Shown: positions 18,838-28,322 of the stretch, piece by piece | Layout: each line of letters starts with the position of its first letter | Numbering within the stretch: the stretch's first letter is position 1 | Sequence record: DRR378314_244 | Direction: 5' to 3' (one strand) | Length of the DNA: 52,403 nucleotides | Program-made: the position numbers and the translations under genes | Notes under the pieces: generated by a model | Told to the model about the DNA's origin: nothing | Seen by the model: the letters and a program-made list of their open reading frames with translations, nothing else | Database searches by the model: none

Positions 18838-19488
18838 ATGAATCCAGACATCGACATCTATCGCTCACTTAAATACCGGCTTATTTCCAACGGGTTCGAG
18901 CATGGGGCGAAACTGCGCGCAGAATTACTGCGCAAGGAATTCAACTCCTCCGCAAGCACGGTGCGCGAGGCGTTGTTTCGTCTCTCCACCGTAGGCTTGG
19001 TCGACTTCAAGGAGCAACGTGGCTTTCGTGTACCCGAAAGATCACCACAAAAACTGATCGAGCTGACCCATCTGCGCGTATTGCTGGAGGGCGAAGGCAC
19101 CGTGCTGTCAATCCGCAACGGCGGCGTCGCATGGGAGGCACAACTGACAGCGGCACATCACCAGCTAAGCCATATCGAAAAACGCATTCACGGGCTGGAC
19201 GATCCGACCGATCTGATCGAAATCTGGTTCAATTCCGAGAAAGGGTTTCACCAAACGCTGATTTCTGCCTGCGGCTCCGAAACCCTGAAACAAATGCACG
19301 CCCGAATTTACGCCCAGTTCCGCCAACAGCTGATGGTCGCTGATCGGAACTTTGGCTTTATCTCGGAGAACATTCAGCATCACGCGGAAATTCTTGACGC
19401 CGCCCTTTCCGGTAATGAAGCCCTGACCCGCGAAAAAATTCACAACCATCTGGCACGCCATCTGACCGGGGCGACGCTAGAGGGATAG
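18838..19488 (+). CDS. GntR-family transcriptional regulator (FCD domain)
   Basis: N-terminal HTH (SASTVREALFRL..GLV...QRGFRV); FCD His motifs FHQTLI and HAEILDA. Confidence 0.92.
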   Translation: MNPDIDIYRSLKYRLISNGFEHGAKLRAELLRKEFNSSASTVREALFRLSTVGLVDFKEQRGFRVPERSPQKLIELTHLRVLLEGEGTVLSIRNGGVAWEAQLTAAHHQLSHIEKRIHGLDDPTDLIEIWFNSEKGFHQTLISACGSETLKQMHARIYAQFRQQLMVADRNFGFISENIQHHAEILDAALSGNEALTREKIHNHLARHLTGATLEG

Positions 19489-20442
19489 GTCATCCTCCAA
19501 ATAAACGCTGATGATCTCGTCAAAGCTGCTTTCGGCAGTAAAGCCCAGCGCAATCGCCCGGTCTGGCGCAAAATCGCGCGGCCAGCCGTTCACCATGCCC
19601 ATGATTGTCTGATCCGGCACCGGCTTGATCAGATCAACAACCTTCTGGCCCGCCACGCGGCGCAAGGCTTCGATCTGTTCGGCCACGGTACAGCTGAATC
19701 CGGGAAGGTTCAGCGCCCGGCGTCCCTGCAACAGGTTGGTATCCAAACCCGCCGCATGGGTCAGAAAACCCGCCGCAGCGCGTGGGCTGGCATGCCAATG
19801 GCGCACCGTATCAGCAACAGGCAACACCGCCTCGATCCCGTTCAAAGGCTCGCGGACAATACCGGAAAAGAATGAAGACGCCGCCGCATTGGCCTTGCCC
19901 GGCCGCACACAAATGGTTGGCAGTCGCAAGGACAGCCCGTCGATGAACCCCTTGCGGCTAAAGTCTGTGACCATCAATTCGCAGGCCGCCTTCTGCGCCC
20001 CATAGCTGGTTTGCGGGGCTGAGAGAAATTCATCACCAATCTTGTCAGGGTAAGGCCCCCCAAAAACCGCAATCGATGAGGTAAACACCAACCGCGGGCA
20101 ATATGTCCCGCCGGATGCCTCATGTTCGGCTTTGAGCGCATTCAGCAAATGCCACATCGCCATCATGTTCACATCCCAGCCCAGTGCAAACTCCGCCTCT
20201 GCCTGCCCGGACACCACCGCGGCCAGCGCAAAGATCACGTCGGGGCGACCCGCCGCCAGCGTTCTGACCATCGCAGGATCTGCCACATCTCCGGTAACGG
20301 TTTTCACGGGCACACCTGCGGGCGGAAAGGCCCTATCAAATAGCACAAGGTTGGCACCGGGGAAGATGTCATGCTCAATGATGCGACCGGCAAGTTTCTG
20401 ACCAATCATGCCGCCACCACCAAGAATCAGAATATTTGTCAT
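19477..20442 (-). CDS. NAD-dependent epimerase/dehydrogenase, D-erythronate dehydrogenase (DenD)-like
   Basis: GGGGMIG, LAAVVSGQAEAEF, FTSSIAVFG, SYGAQK, RLPTICVRPGKANAAASSFFSGIVREPL. Confidence 0.85.
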   Translation of the reverse strand: MTNILILGGGGMIGQKLAGRIIEHDIFPGANLVLFDRAFPPAGVPVKTVTGDVADPAMVRTLAAGRPDVIFALAAVVSGQAEAEFALGWDVNMMAMWHLLNALKAEHEASGGTYCPRLVFTSSIAVFGGPYPDKIGDEFLSAPQTSYGAQKAACELMVTDFSRKGFIDGLSLRLPTICVRPGKANAAASSFFSGIVREPLNGIEAVLPVADTVRHWHASPRAAAGFLTHAAGLDTNLLQGRRALNLPGFSCTVAEQIEALRRVAGQKVVDLIKPVPDQTIMGMVNGWPRDFAPDRAIALGFTAESSFDEIISVYLEDDLSL

Positions 20443-21323
20443 GTCAGATTGTTCCGTTTCTTGAGTTCCAGATAGAGCCCAGCGTGATCCAGATCACCGC
20501 CATCCATTTCTTCAATCAAGTGATTAAACCGATCCCGCACCGCCTGGGTCGCCGGCAGCTCCAACCCAAGGGCACCGGCTTCTGCCAGGGTGTTATCAAG
20601 ATCCTTGCGTTGAAGTCTGGACAGGCCGCCCGGCGTAAAATTCCCGTCCGACATGCGCTGTCCATGCTGTTGCAGGATCACACTGTCGGCAAACCCGCCT
20701 TTCAACGCCGCCCTCAGGGCAGCCGGATCCGCACCACCCTTTTCCGCCAGCAAAGTCGCCTCTGCCACTGCGGCAATCGTCACCGCAACAATTGTCTGGT
20801 TGGCCAGCTTGCACAGCTGTCCGGCCCCCGAAGGTCCGACATATACGGGTCGGCCCATCGCCATAAGCACCTCTTTTGCCGCATCAAAGGTCGATTCCTC
20901 GCCCCCCACCATGATTGCCAGACTGCCTGCTTCGGCTCCTTTGGTGCCGCCGGACACCGGCGCATCCAGATGGGCCACACCGCGCTTGGCCAACCGTGCC
21001 GATTGGGCGCGGGCATGTTCAGGTTTTGCGCTCGACATATCAATCCACAACATACCCTCGGCAAGCACACGGCCAAAATCATCCTCTGCCAGCAAGGCCC
21101 CGGTAGCATGCCCGTCGCTCAGCATGCTGATAACCACCTCTGCACCCGTAATCGCCTGTGCGGCAGTGGCCGCCGTCTTGGCACCCTCTGCGACCAGCGG
21201 CGCAGCACGTTCCGCACTGCGATTCCAAACCGTCAGATCATGCCCGGCTTTCATCAGATTGCGTGCCATTGGCGCCCCCATCAGACCGGTTCCGATCAGG
21301 GTAATTTTGCGGGGTTGGCGCAT
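20439..21323 (-). CDS. NAD(P)-dependent oxidoreductase, 2-hydroxy-3-oxopropionate reductase family
   Basis: IGTGLMGAPMA, LDAPVSGG, GQLCKLANQ, KDL. Confidence 0.9.
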   Translation of the reverse strand: MRQPRKITLIGTGLMGAPMARNLMKAGHDLTVWNRSAERAAPLVAEGAKTAATAAQAITGAEVVISMLSDGHATGALLAEDDFGRVLAEGMLWIDMSSAKPEHARAQSARLAKRGVAHLDAPVSGGTKGAEAGSLAIMVGGEESTFDAAKEVLMAMGRPVYVGPSGAGQLCKLANQTIVAVTIAAVAEATLLAEKGGADPAALRAALKGGFADSVILQQHGQRMSDGNFTPGGLSRLQRKDLDNTLAEAGALGLELPATQAVRDRFNHLIEEMDGGDLDHAGLYLELKKRNNLT

Positions 21324-21510
21324 GGAAAAGTCCTTTTCTGCGAGAGTGTCAGGCGGGTTATGGTCAAATTGAAATCTCTGTCATACGCTAACGTCAACGA
21401 CCAAAAGGGCCAGAGGGCACGGTCGGTCAGGGCGGAAAAAATACCGGAAGGGAGGGCAAAATCCACGCAAATGGATCTGCATTCCGGATCAAGGAGAGGG
21501 GTGAATTATT

Positions 21511-22272
21511 GTGACAGGGCAGAGACTTGAAGGGAAACGTGCGCTTGTAACAGCGGCAGGTCAGGGTATTGGGCGCGCCAGTGCTATTGCCATGGCAAAA
21601 GAAGGCGCGGAGGTCTTTGCGACCGATGTAAACATGGAGTTACTTTCCACGATTCGCGACCAGAATCTCGAAAATATCCATATTTTCGAACTTGATGTCC
21701 GCAGTAATGACAGCGTGAAAAACGGCATCGCACAGGCCGCGCCAGACATTTTATTCAACTGCGCCGGTTTCGTTCATCACGGCACGGTTCTGGATGCAAC
21801 AGACGCGGAATTCGACTTTGCCATCGACCTGAATTTACGTGCCATGATGCGCACCATTCGTGCCGCCTTGCCGGGCATGTTGGAACGTGGCAGCGGGTCG
21901 ATCATCAATATGTCATCAGCCGCAGGGTCGATCATCGGTGCACCCAACCGCTTTATCTACGGCACCACCAAAGCCGCCGTTGTCGGGCTGACCAAATCGG
22001 TGGCCGTCGATTATGTCAAACAGGGCATCCGCTGTAACTGCATCTGTCCGGGCACCGTTGAATCCCCCAGCTGGCACGACCGCGTGACAGCCCTTGGCAA
22101 GGAGCTCGGCAGCTATGAGGCGGCTATGGCGCAATTCGTCGCCCGCCAACCCATGGGGCGCGTTGCCACTGCCGAAGAAATCGCTGCACTTGTGGTTTAT
22201 CTTGCCGCAGACGAAAGCGCCTTTACCACTGGACACACCCATATCATCGACGGAGGCTGGTCAGGCCAATGA
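21511..22272 (+). CDS. SDR oxidoreductase, 2-keto-3-deoxy-L-fuconate 4-dehydrogenase/BDH2-like
   Basis: [43 protein letters not shown]. Confidence 0.88.
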   Translation: MTGQRLEGKRALVTAAGQGIGRASAIAMAKEGAEVFATDVNMELLSTIRDQNLENIHIFELDVRSNDSVKNGIAQAAPDILFNCAGFVHHGTVLDATDAEFDFAIDLNLRAMMRTIRAALPGMLERGSGSIINMSSAAGSIIGAPNRFIYGTTKAAVVGLTKSVAVDYVKQGIRCNCICPGTVESPSWHDRVTALGKELGSYEAAMAQFVARQPMGRVATAEEIAALVVYLAADESAFTTGHTHIIDGGWSGQ

Positions 22273-24068
22273 CAAAACGCATTTCCAAGGACGATCTACG
22301 CTCGCGCAAATGGTTCATGAATCCCGATAACCTTGAGATGACCGCGCTGTATCTGGAGCGCTATCTCAACTACGGGCTGACCCGCGAAGAACTGCAATCG
22401 GGTAAACCTATCATCGGTATCGCGCAGACCGGCAGTGACCTGTCGCCCTGCAATCGCCATCATATCGAACTGACCAAACGCGTGCGCGACGGGATCATCG
22501 CCGCAGGCGGCACCTGTATTGAAATTCCGGTACATCCCATTCAGGAAACCGGCAAACGGCCTACTGCCTCGTTGGATCGAAATTTGGCCTATTTGTCCTT
22601 GGTAGAGACGCTTTTTAGCTATCCTCTGGACGGTGTTGTACTGAACATCGGCTGTGACAAAACCACGCCAGCCCTGTTGATGGCCGCCGCAACCGTGAAC
22701 ATTCCTGCCATTGCATTATCGGTGGGTCCAATGCTGAACGGCTGGTGGAAAGGCGAACGCGCAGGATCGGGCACCGTGATCTGGAAAGCCCGCGAACAGC
22801 TTGCCGCAGGCGACATCGACACCGATGAATTTATGGAAATCGCCGCCGCATCTGCCCCTTCGGTGGGGTACTGCAACACCATGGGCACCGCCACCACGAT
22901 GAACTCGCTTGCCGAGGCACTGGGAATGCAACTGCCGGGTTCTGCTGCCATCCCTGCCCCGTACCGTGAACGCGGGCAGATCAGTTATGAGACCGGCAAA
23001 CGGATCGTTGATATGGTCTGGGAAGACATGCGACCCACGGATGTGATGACGCGCGCTGCGTTTGAAAATGCAATCGTGATCAATTCCGCCATTGGCGGGT
23101 CCACCAACGCACCCATCCATCTGAACGCCATTGCGCGGCACCTGGGCGTGCCGCTGGACAATGACGATTGGCAGAAACACGGCCATGACGTACCGCTTCT
23201 GGTCAATATGCAGCCTGCGGGCAAATATCTGGGCGAGGATTACCAGCAGGCAGGCGGTGTACCGGCTGTTGTAGGCGAGTTGATCGCTGGCGGCCTGTTG
23301 CCCCATCCCGATGCAATAACGGTAAATGGGCAGACCATGGGCGCGAATTGTGAAAACCAACGCTCCAAAAATCAAGAGGTGATCAAACCCACCAGTGCTC
23401 CGATGAAACAACAGGCGGGGTTCCTGAACCTATCCGGCAACCTGTTTGAAAGCGCGATCATGAAAACTTCGGTTATTTCGCCCGCTTTCCGCAAAACCTA
23501 TCTGTCAAACCCGGATGATCCAGAGGCATTTGAAGGTCGTGCCGTAGTGTTTGACGGGCCCGAAGATTTTCACCACCGTATCGACGATCCGGCGGAAAAC
23601 ATTGATGAAAACTGCATCCTGTTTATGCGCGGCACCGGCCCCAAGGGGTATCCCGGCGCAGCAGAGGTTGTGAACATGCGCCCCCCCTCCTACCTGATCA
23701 AACGGGGCGTCGAGGCCCTGCCCTGTATTGGGGATGGCCGTCAGTCCGGAACCTCTGGCAGCCCCTCGATCCTGAATGCCGCGCCCGAAGCGGCGGACAA
23801 TAGCGGGCTGGCCCTGTTGAAGACCGGCGATATCGTGCGGATTGATCTGGGCAAAGGCACCGCCGACATGCTGGTTCCGCTGGCGGAATTGAACGAACGG
23901 GCGCGGGAACTGATGGCCAATGGCGGCTATGACATCCCCGCCAGCCAAACCCCGTGGCAAGCATTGTTCCGCGAGAAAGTCGGGCGCCTGGATCATGGCA
24001 TGACCCTGCAAGATGCTGATCAATACCAAGACATCGCACGCAAATTCATGCCCCGCGACAACCATTAA
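22269..24068 (+). CDS. IlvD/Edd-family [2Fe-2S] sugar-acid dehydratase (XylD-like)
   Basis: [59 protein letters not shown]-terminal PRDNH. Confidence 0.92.
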   Translation: MTKRISKDDLRSRKWFMNPDNLEMTALYLERYLNYGLTREELQSGKPIIGIAQTGSDLSPCNRHHIELTKRVRDGIIAAGGTCIEIPVHPIQETGKRPTASLDRNLAYLSLVETLFSYPLDGVVLNIGCDKTTPALLMAAATVNIPAIALSVGPMLNGWWKGERAGSGTVIWKAREQLAAGDIDTDEFMEIAAASAPSVGYCNTMGTATTMNSLAEALGMQLPGSAAIPAPYRERGQISYETGKRIVDMVWEDMRPTDVMTRAAFENAIVINSAIGGSTNAPIHLNAIARHLGVPLDNDDWQKHGHDVPLLVNMQPAGKYLGEDYQQAGGVPAVVGELIAGGLLPHPDAITVNGQTMGANCENQRSKNQEVIKPTSAPMKQQAGFLNLSGNLFESAIMKTSVISPAFRKTYLSNPDDPEAFEGRAVVFDGPEDFHHRIDDPAENIDENCILFMRGTGPKGYPGAAEVVNMRPPSYLIKRGVEALPCIGDGRQSGTSGSPSILNAAPEAADNSGLALLKTGDIVRIDLGKGTADMLVPLAELNERARELMANGGYDIPASQTPWQALFREKVGRLDHGMTLQDADQYQDIARKFMPRDNH

Positions 24069-24086
24069 TCCAAAGAAAGAAAGATT

Positions 24087-24935
24087 ATGAAACTTATTCG
24101 TTACGGTGCCGAGGGTGCTGAAAAACCCGGAATGCTGGACAACGCCGGCCTGCTGCGCGACCTTAGCGGTCGTATCACGGACATCACCGGCGACACCTTG
24201 GATGATGCCACGCTTGATAAGCTGCGCGCGCTTGATCCTACCGAGCTGCCCATTGTCGAAGGCGAACAGCGTATTGCGCCCTGTGTCGGGAACATCGGTA
24301 AATTCCTGTGTATCGGACTGAATTATTCCGACCATGCCGCGGAAACCGGAGCGGCAATTCCCGAACATCCCATCCTGTTTTTCAAAGCAAACTCTGCCAT
24401 TGTCGGTGCCTATGACGACGTGGTGATGCCACGTGGATCGACCAAAACAGATTGGGAAGTCGAACTGGGGGTGGTGATCGGCAAAACGGCAAAATACGTC
24501 TCTAAAGCGGAGGCTTTAGAGCATGTTGCCGGTTATTGCATCGTCAACGATGTATCCGAACGCCATTTTCAGGCCAATCTGACAGGGCAGTGGACCAAGG
24601 GTAAATCCTGCGACACATTTGGTCCAACCGGTCCTTGGCTGGTCACACGGGATGAAATCGAAGATCCGCAAAACCTTGATATGGCGCTGGATGTAAACGG
24701 CAAACGGATGCAGACGGGCAATACCGCGACGATGATCTTTACCGTGGCTGAAATTATCGAACATCTGTCCGGCCTGATGACATTGCACCCTGGTGACGTC
24801 ATCACCACTGGGACACCTCCCGGCGTCGGTCTGGGTATGAAGCCGGAACCGGTTTTCCTCAAGAAAGGGGATGTCATGGACCTGACCATTCAGGGGTTGG
24901 GCCACCAGCGCCAGAAAGTAGATCAAGATGCCTGA
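24087..24935 (+). CDS. Fumarylacetoacetate hydrolase-family protein (2,4-diketo acid hydrolase-like)
   Basis: CIGLNYSDHA, DWEVELGVVIG, NDVSER, KGKSCDTFGP, GDVITTGTPPGVG. Confidence 0.92.
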   Translation: MKLIRYGAEGAEKPGMLDNAGLLRDLSGRITDITGDTLDDATLDKLRALDPTELPIVEGEQRIAPCVGNIGKFLCIGLNYSDHAAETGAAIPEHPILFFKANSAIVGAYDDVVMPRGSTKTDWEVELGVVIGKTAKYVSKAEALEHVAGYCIVNDVSERHFQANLTGQWTKGKSCDTFGPTGPWLVTRDEIEDPQNLDMALDVNGKRMQTGNTATMIFTVAEIIEHLSGLMTLHPGDVITTGTPPGVGLGMKPEPVFLKKGDVMDLTIQGLGHQRQKVDQDA

Positions 24936-25851
24936 TCTCTTGCAAATCGGCGGCATCACCGACACGATGCGCAACCGGCTTTCTGCCGCCTTTACCATTC
25001 ACCAACTCGATGATTTTAATGCGGATAAAATCACCCATGTTGTGACCAATGGGCACGATGGGGTGAACCCTGAATTGCTGGCCTCCCTGCCAAACCTCAA
25101 AGTCGTAAGTGGGTATGGCGTGGGCTATGACGCCATTGACGCAGAGGAGGCGGCGCGGCGCGGGATCATCGTGACCCATACGCCAAACGTGCTGAACCAA
25201 GAGGTGGCAACCACTGCTGTGATGCTGATGCTGGCCTGCTACCGCGAAATGCTGCGCGATGATGCCTATGTGCGATCAGGGGAATGGGAGGCCAAGGGCG
25301 GCGCGCCGCTGACCCGTTCTGCGGACAACCAAACCGTTGGGATTTTGGGGCTGGGGCGCATTGGTCAGGCGATTGCGGACAAGCTTGCCCCTTGGAATGC
25401 CAAGATCATCTATCACACCCGCAGCAAAAAGGATGTGCCCTACACCTATTACGACAATCTGACCGACATGGCACGGGATGCAGATGTACTGATTTGCATC
25501 ACGCCGGGTGGTCCCTCGACAAACAAGATCGTCAGTGCCAAGGTCTTGGCCGCCCTTGGCGCACAGGGCACGCTGATCAACGTCAGTCGCGGATCGGTGG
25601 TGGATGAGGCCGCGATGATTACCGCATTGCAAGACGGCACATTGGGCTGGGCTGGGCTGGACGTATTCGAAGGTGAACCCCATGTCCCTCAGGCGCTGCG
25701 CGATCTGCCCAATACTGTCCTGCTGCCCCATGTCGGCAGCGCCACGGTTGAAACCCGTGCGGCAATGGGTGCGCTTACCGTGGATAACCTTTTGCAACAT
25801 CTGAAAGATGGCACCGTGATCACAGCCGTCCCCGAATGTGCGCATCTGTAA
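24928..25851 (+). CDS. D-isomer-specific 2-hydroxyacid dehydrogenase (glyoxylate/hydroxypyruvate reductase-like)
   Basis: GVGYDAID, GLGRIG, INVSRGSVVDE, AGLDVFEGEP, LLPHVGSAT. Confidence 0.92.
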   Translation: MPDLLQIGGITDTMRNRLSAAFTIHQLDDFNADKITHVVTNGHDGVNPELLASLPNLKVVSGYGVGYDAIDAEEAARRGIIVTHTPNVLNQEVATTAVMLMLACYREMLRDDAYVRSGEWEAKGGAPLTRSADNQTVGILGLGRIGQAIADKLAPWNAKIIYHTRSKKDVPYTYYDNLTDMARDADVLICITPGGPSTNKIVSAKVLAALGAQGTLINVSRGSVVDEAAMITALQDGTLGWAGLDVFEGEPHVPQALRDLPNTVLLPHVGSATVETRAAMGALTVDNLLQHLKDGTVITAVPECAHL

Positions 25852-25971
25852 CGTAACCCCAGCGCAGCAATGATTAAGTTTGCGCTGGTGATACTCCTCT
25901 TTCGGGTCCCCCGTGGCATCGGAGTATTGTCATAGCCTTGCTTGCGGCCGCTGTTTCCATCCGTTGAATGC

Positions 25972-26001
25972 AAAAAAGGCGGTACCAAAGTACCGCCTTT
26001 T
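25972..26001. terminator. Bidirectional intrinsic terminator
   Basis: AAAAAAGGCGGTAC-caaa-GTACCGCCTTTT between convergent genes. Confidence 0.88.
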
Positions 26002-26023
26002 CCGTTTGGATTGTCGATTCCGA

Positions 26024-26206
26024 TTAGTCGGAAGCAACAGCCGCAGCAACCAGAGCCAACAGGATCAGTGGCAGTACGATACCGCCAGAAGAACCGGATG
26101 CTTCTTCAACGATTACTGGTGCTTCGATGATTGGATCTGCCAAAGAACCGGCATATGCAGTCGATGCAGCAGCTGTCAGAGCAGCGGCGAGAACGAGTTT
26201 TTTCAT
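26024..26206 (-). CDS. 60-aa secreted microprotein with C-terminal hydrophobic helix
   Basis: Strong GGAGG RBS, Sec signal (MKKLVLAAALTAAASTAYA), acidic Pro-containing linker, hydrophobic tail, and a terminator immediately downstream. Confidence 0.85.
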   Translation of the reverse strand: MKKLVLAAALTAAASTAYAGSLADPIIEAPVIVEEASGSSGGIVLPLILLALVAAAVASD

Positions 26207-26347
26207 AGTTATAACCTCCGATAAAAGGCGTACAGCACAATTGTGCGCACGCGCCCAAGACTTACCTCGTAAGACTTTCTAAACAGCATCAGAAAGCGAT
26301 TGCAAACCCGGATTCCGCTGCTAAGCCCTACAAGAAACACGATGTCG

Positions 26348-26959
26348 TCAAATTAGCAACACTTGCGTACCCACCTGAGCCATCTCGTACAGCTCTTCAA
26401 TGTGTTCGTTATACAAGCCAATACATCCATTAGAGGATTTTCGCCCGATCTTGCGTGTATCATGGGTGCCGTGGATGCGATAATAGGTCCAGCTCAGGTG
26501 CAAGGAGCGCGTTCCCAAAGGGTTTTCAGGACCCGGGCCGATGAATGGGGGCCATTCAGGGTTCCGCTTGAGCATGGACGGCGTCGGACGCCAAGATGGT
26601 TCCGGATCCTTAAGGATAACCCGTGTGCGGCCCCGCCGCGTCAGATCATCGGTCAGCGGCACGCTTGAGGGGTATAATTTGTAGATGCTCTGGTCCTCAG
26701 ACCAGTAGTGTACCGCGCGGCTGTCGATATCGACCAGAATTGCGCCGCCCTTGGTATTATCAAAATACGGCTGCCACTCCAATGTTCGGAAGCTGGAGAT
26801 ATTGCGCCGCACAACCTCTGTCAGGTCGCGCTCTGTCTCCGTTGTGGCGGCAGAGTTTACCGTCGAGGTGGTTTGCGCCAAGGCGGGCGTGGCGAGCATT
26901 GCGACACCGCCAGCGAGAAAGCTGCGGCGGCTTTTCGGGTTAAATCGGTTGTCAGACAT
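26348..26959 (-). CDS. L,D-transpeptidase (YkuD domain), Tat-exported
   Basis: SRRSFL Tat motif; P.WRPTPSM, GPENPLG, RIHGT...IGRKSSNGCIGL. ATG 26959 follows GGAG. Confidence 0.93.
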   Translation of the reverse strand: MSDNRFNPKSRRSFLAGGVAMLATPALAQTTSTVNSAATTETERDLTEVVRRNISSFRTLEWQPYFDNTKGGAILVDIDSRAVHYWSEDQSIYKLYPSSVPLTDDLTRRGRTRVILKDPEPSWRPTPSMLKRNPEWPPFIGPGPENPLGTRSLHLSWTYYRIHGTHDTRKIGRKSSNGCIGLYNEHIEELYEMAQVGTQVLLI

Positions 26960-27123
26960 GCGTGTCTCCATCGCTGTAAGGGGGATTCACCGTAATATAT
27001 GACCCGAAAGACGCAGTATCAAATCAAACAAGCGTCATCCCGCGTGGTAACGCTGATGTGCGTTTGAACTGCAACGCCCTGCAGGGTAAGGCAGGGCTAC
27101 ACAAACGTCGTTGGAGCGGTATT

Positions 27124-27633
27124 ATGTTGCGAATTTTGTCTGTCTTGTTGGCTCTTGCTGTTGCAATCTCGGCCTGTGCCCCTGCCGCACCCCGTATTGG
27201 TGCGGATGGCAAACCTCTGCCAAAAGCCTACCGAATCAGCCGTTCTGACACTGGAAAAATTCAGTTTCGCATGCTCGATTCGGTCAATGCCTTGCGTCAG
27301 GCCGGCGGTCGTACCACAGTTCAATTGAATCCACAGCTGAACGCAGCGGCTGCAACCCATGCCCGCGACATGTCGGTCCAAAACCGGCCCTGGCACTTTG
27401 GATCTGACGGATCTTCCCCCATCGACCGGATCAACCGCGTAGGATATCCGGGCAAACTGGTCGGCGAGACGATTTCAGAAACCTACGAATCAGAGCTTGA
27501 AACACTGGCTGCATGGATGGATCAGCCCGATACACGAAGGGTGATCATGTCTGCCGATGCGCGCAACATGGGTTTCGCATGGTATCAGGAATCAGGTGGC
27601 AAAATCTGGTGGACACTGGTGATGGGCAACTAA
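27124..27633 (+). CDS. CAP/SCP-domain lipoprotein
   Basis: Lipobox ISAC; VNALR, LNAAAATHARDM, WHFGSDGS, GETISE, WWTLVMG. Confidence 0.9.
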   Translation: MLRILSVLLALAVAISACAPAAPRIGADGKPLPKAYRISRSDTGKIQFRMLDSVNALRQAGGRTTVQLNPQLNAAAATHARDMSVQNRPWHFGSDGSSPIDRINRVGYPGKLVGETISETYESELETLAAWMDQPDTRRVIMSADARNMGFAWYQESGGKIWWTLVMGN

Positions 27634-27747
27634 AGCGTTTCGACCAAAACCTGATGCACATAGCATCAAGCAATGCATTGAAATCCCTGATTTCAGGCAG
27701 CGGTATGTGATTCAAGGTTTTCGCGAAGTACCATAGGCCCATCCCGC

Positions 27748-28248
27748 CTATGGGTTAATCTGGATCGGCGTGCCGTCCCCAACCATCGCATAGATTTGTT
27801 CCATTTCTTTGTTCGTGACCGAAATACAGCCCCAGGTCCAATCATCCTTGTCTTTGCGGAACGGCACGCGCTGGCCGTGGATAAATATCTCGCCGCCCGG
27901 CGATTTCCCCATGGCTTCGGCCCGCTGGCGGTCACGCTCGTTGGGATAGGAAATCCCGATTGAGAGATGAAAGCGGCTGTTCGGATTGCGCCGGTCAATC
28001 CAATAGATCCCTTCCGGCGTTTTCCCGTCACCTTCAATTTCCTTATGGCCCGTCGGTGCAAAACCCAGCTTGATCGGGTAGGATTCCAGCACCTTGTCAT
28101 GGTGTAAAAGGTACATGTTACGCGCGCCTTTGTTCACCACCACATAGGTGACTTTCGGCCCGTAATACCGTTTGAATTTACTGTTTCCGCCGCAGGCACC
28201 CAGCGCCACCAGCGCAGTACCACCAAGAATAAGATTTCTGCGTTTCAT
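27748..28248 (-). CDS. L,D-transpeptidase-family lipoprotein, YafK/DpaA-like
   Basis: Lipobox LGAC; HKEIEGDGKTPEGIY, NPNSRFHLSIGISYPN, GGEIFIHG, DWTWGCI. Confidence 0.9.
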   Translation of the reverse strand: MKRRNLILGGTALVALGACGGNSKFKRYYGPKVTYVVVNKGARNMYLLHHDKVLESYPIKLGFAPTGHKEIEGDGKTPEGIYWIDRRNPNSRFHLSIGISYPNERDRQRAEAMGKSPGGEIFIHGQRVPFRKDKDDWTWGCISVTNKEMEQIYAMVGDGTPIQINP

Positions 28249-28322
28249 ACCCGATTGCCCCTTGTGCCGGATGTTACCGGCCCGTTTCTTATGGCGTTAG
28301 CATATACCAAAAAATCATGTCT

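Noticed and set aside
20436-21530. 364-aa plus-strand ORF
   Set aside because: Antisense to a clear dehydrogenase gene; no motifs.
23505-24368. 287-aa minus-strand ORF
   Set aside because: Antisense to the IlvD and FAH genes; shadow ORF.
8698-25851. Catabolic block as an active mobile element or genomic island
   Set aside because: No integrase, transposase, tRNA target or flanking direct repeats were visible, and base composition looks similar to the backbone by eye. Accessory status remains an inference.
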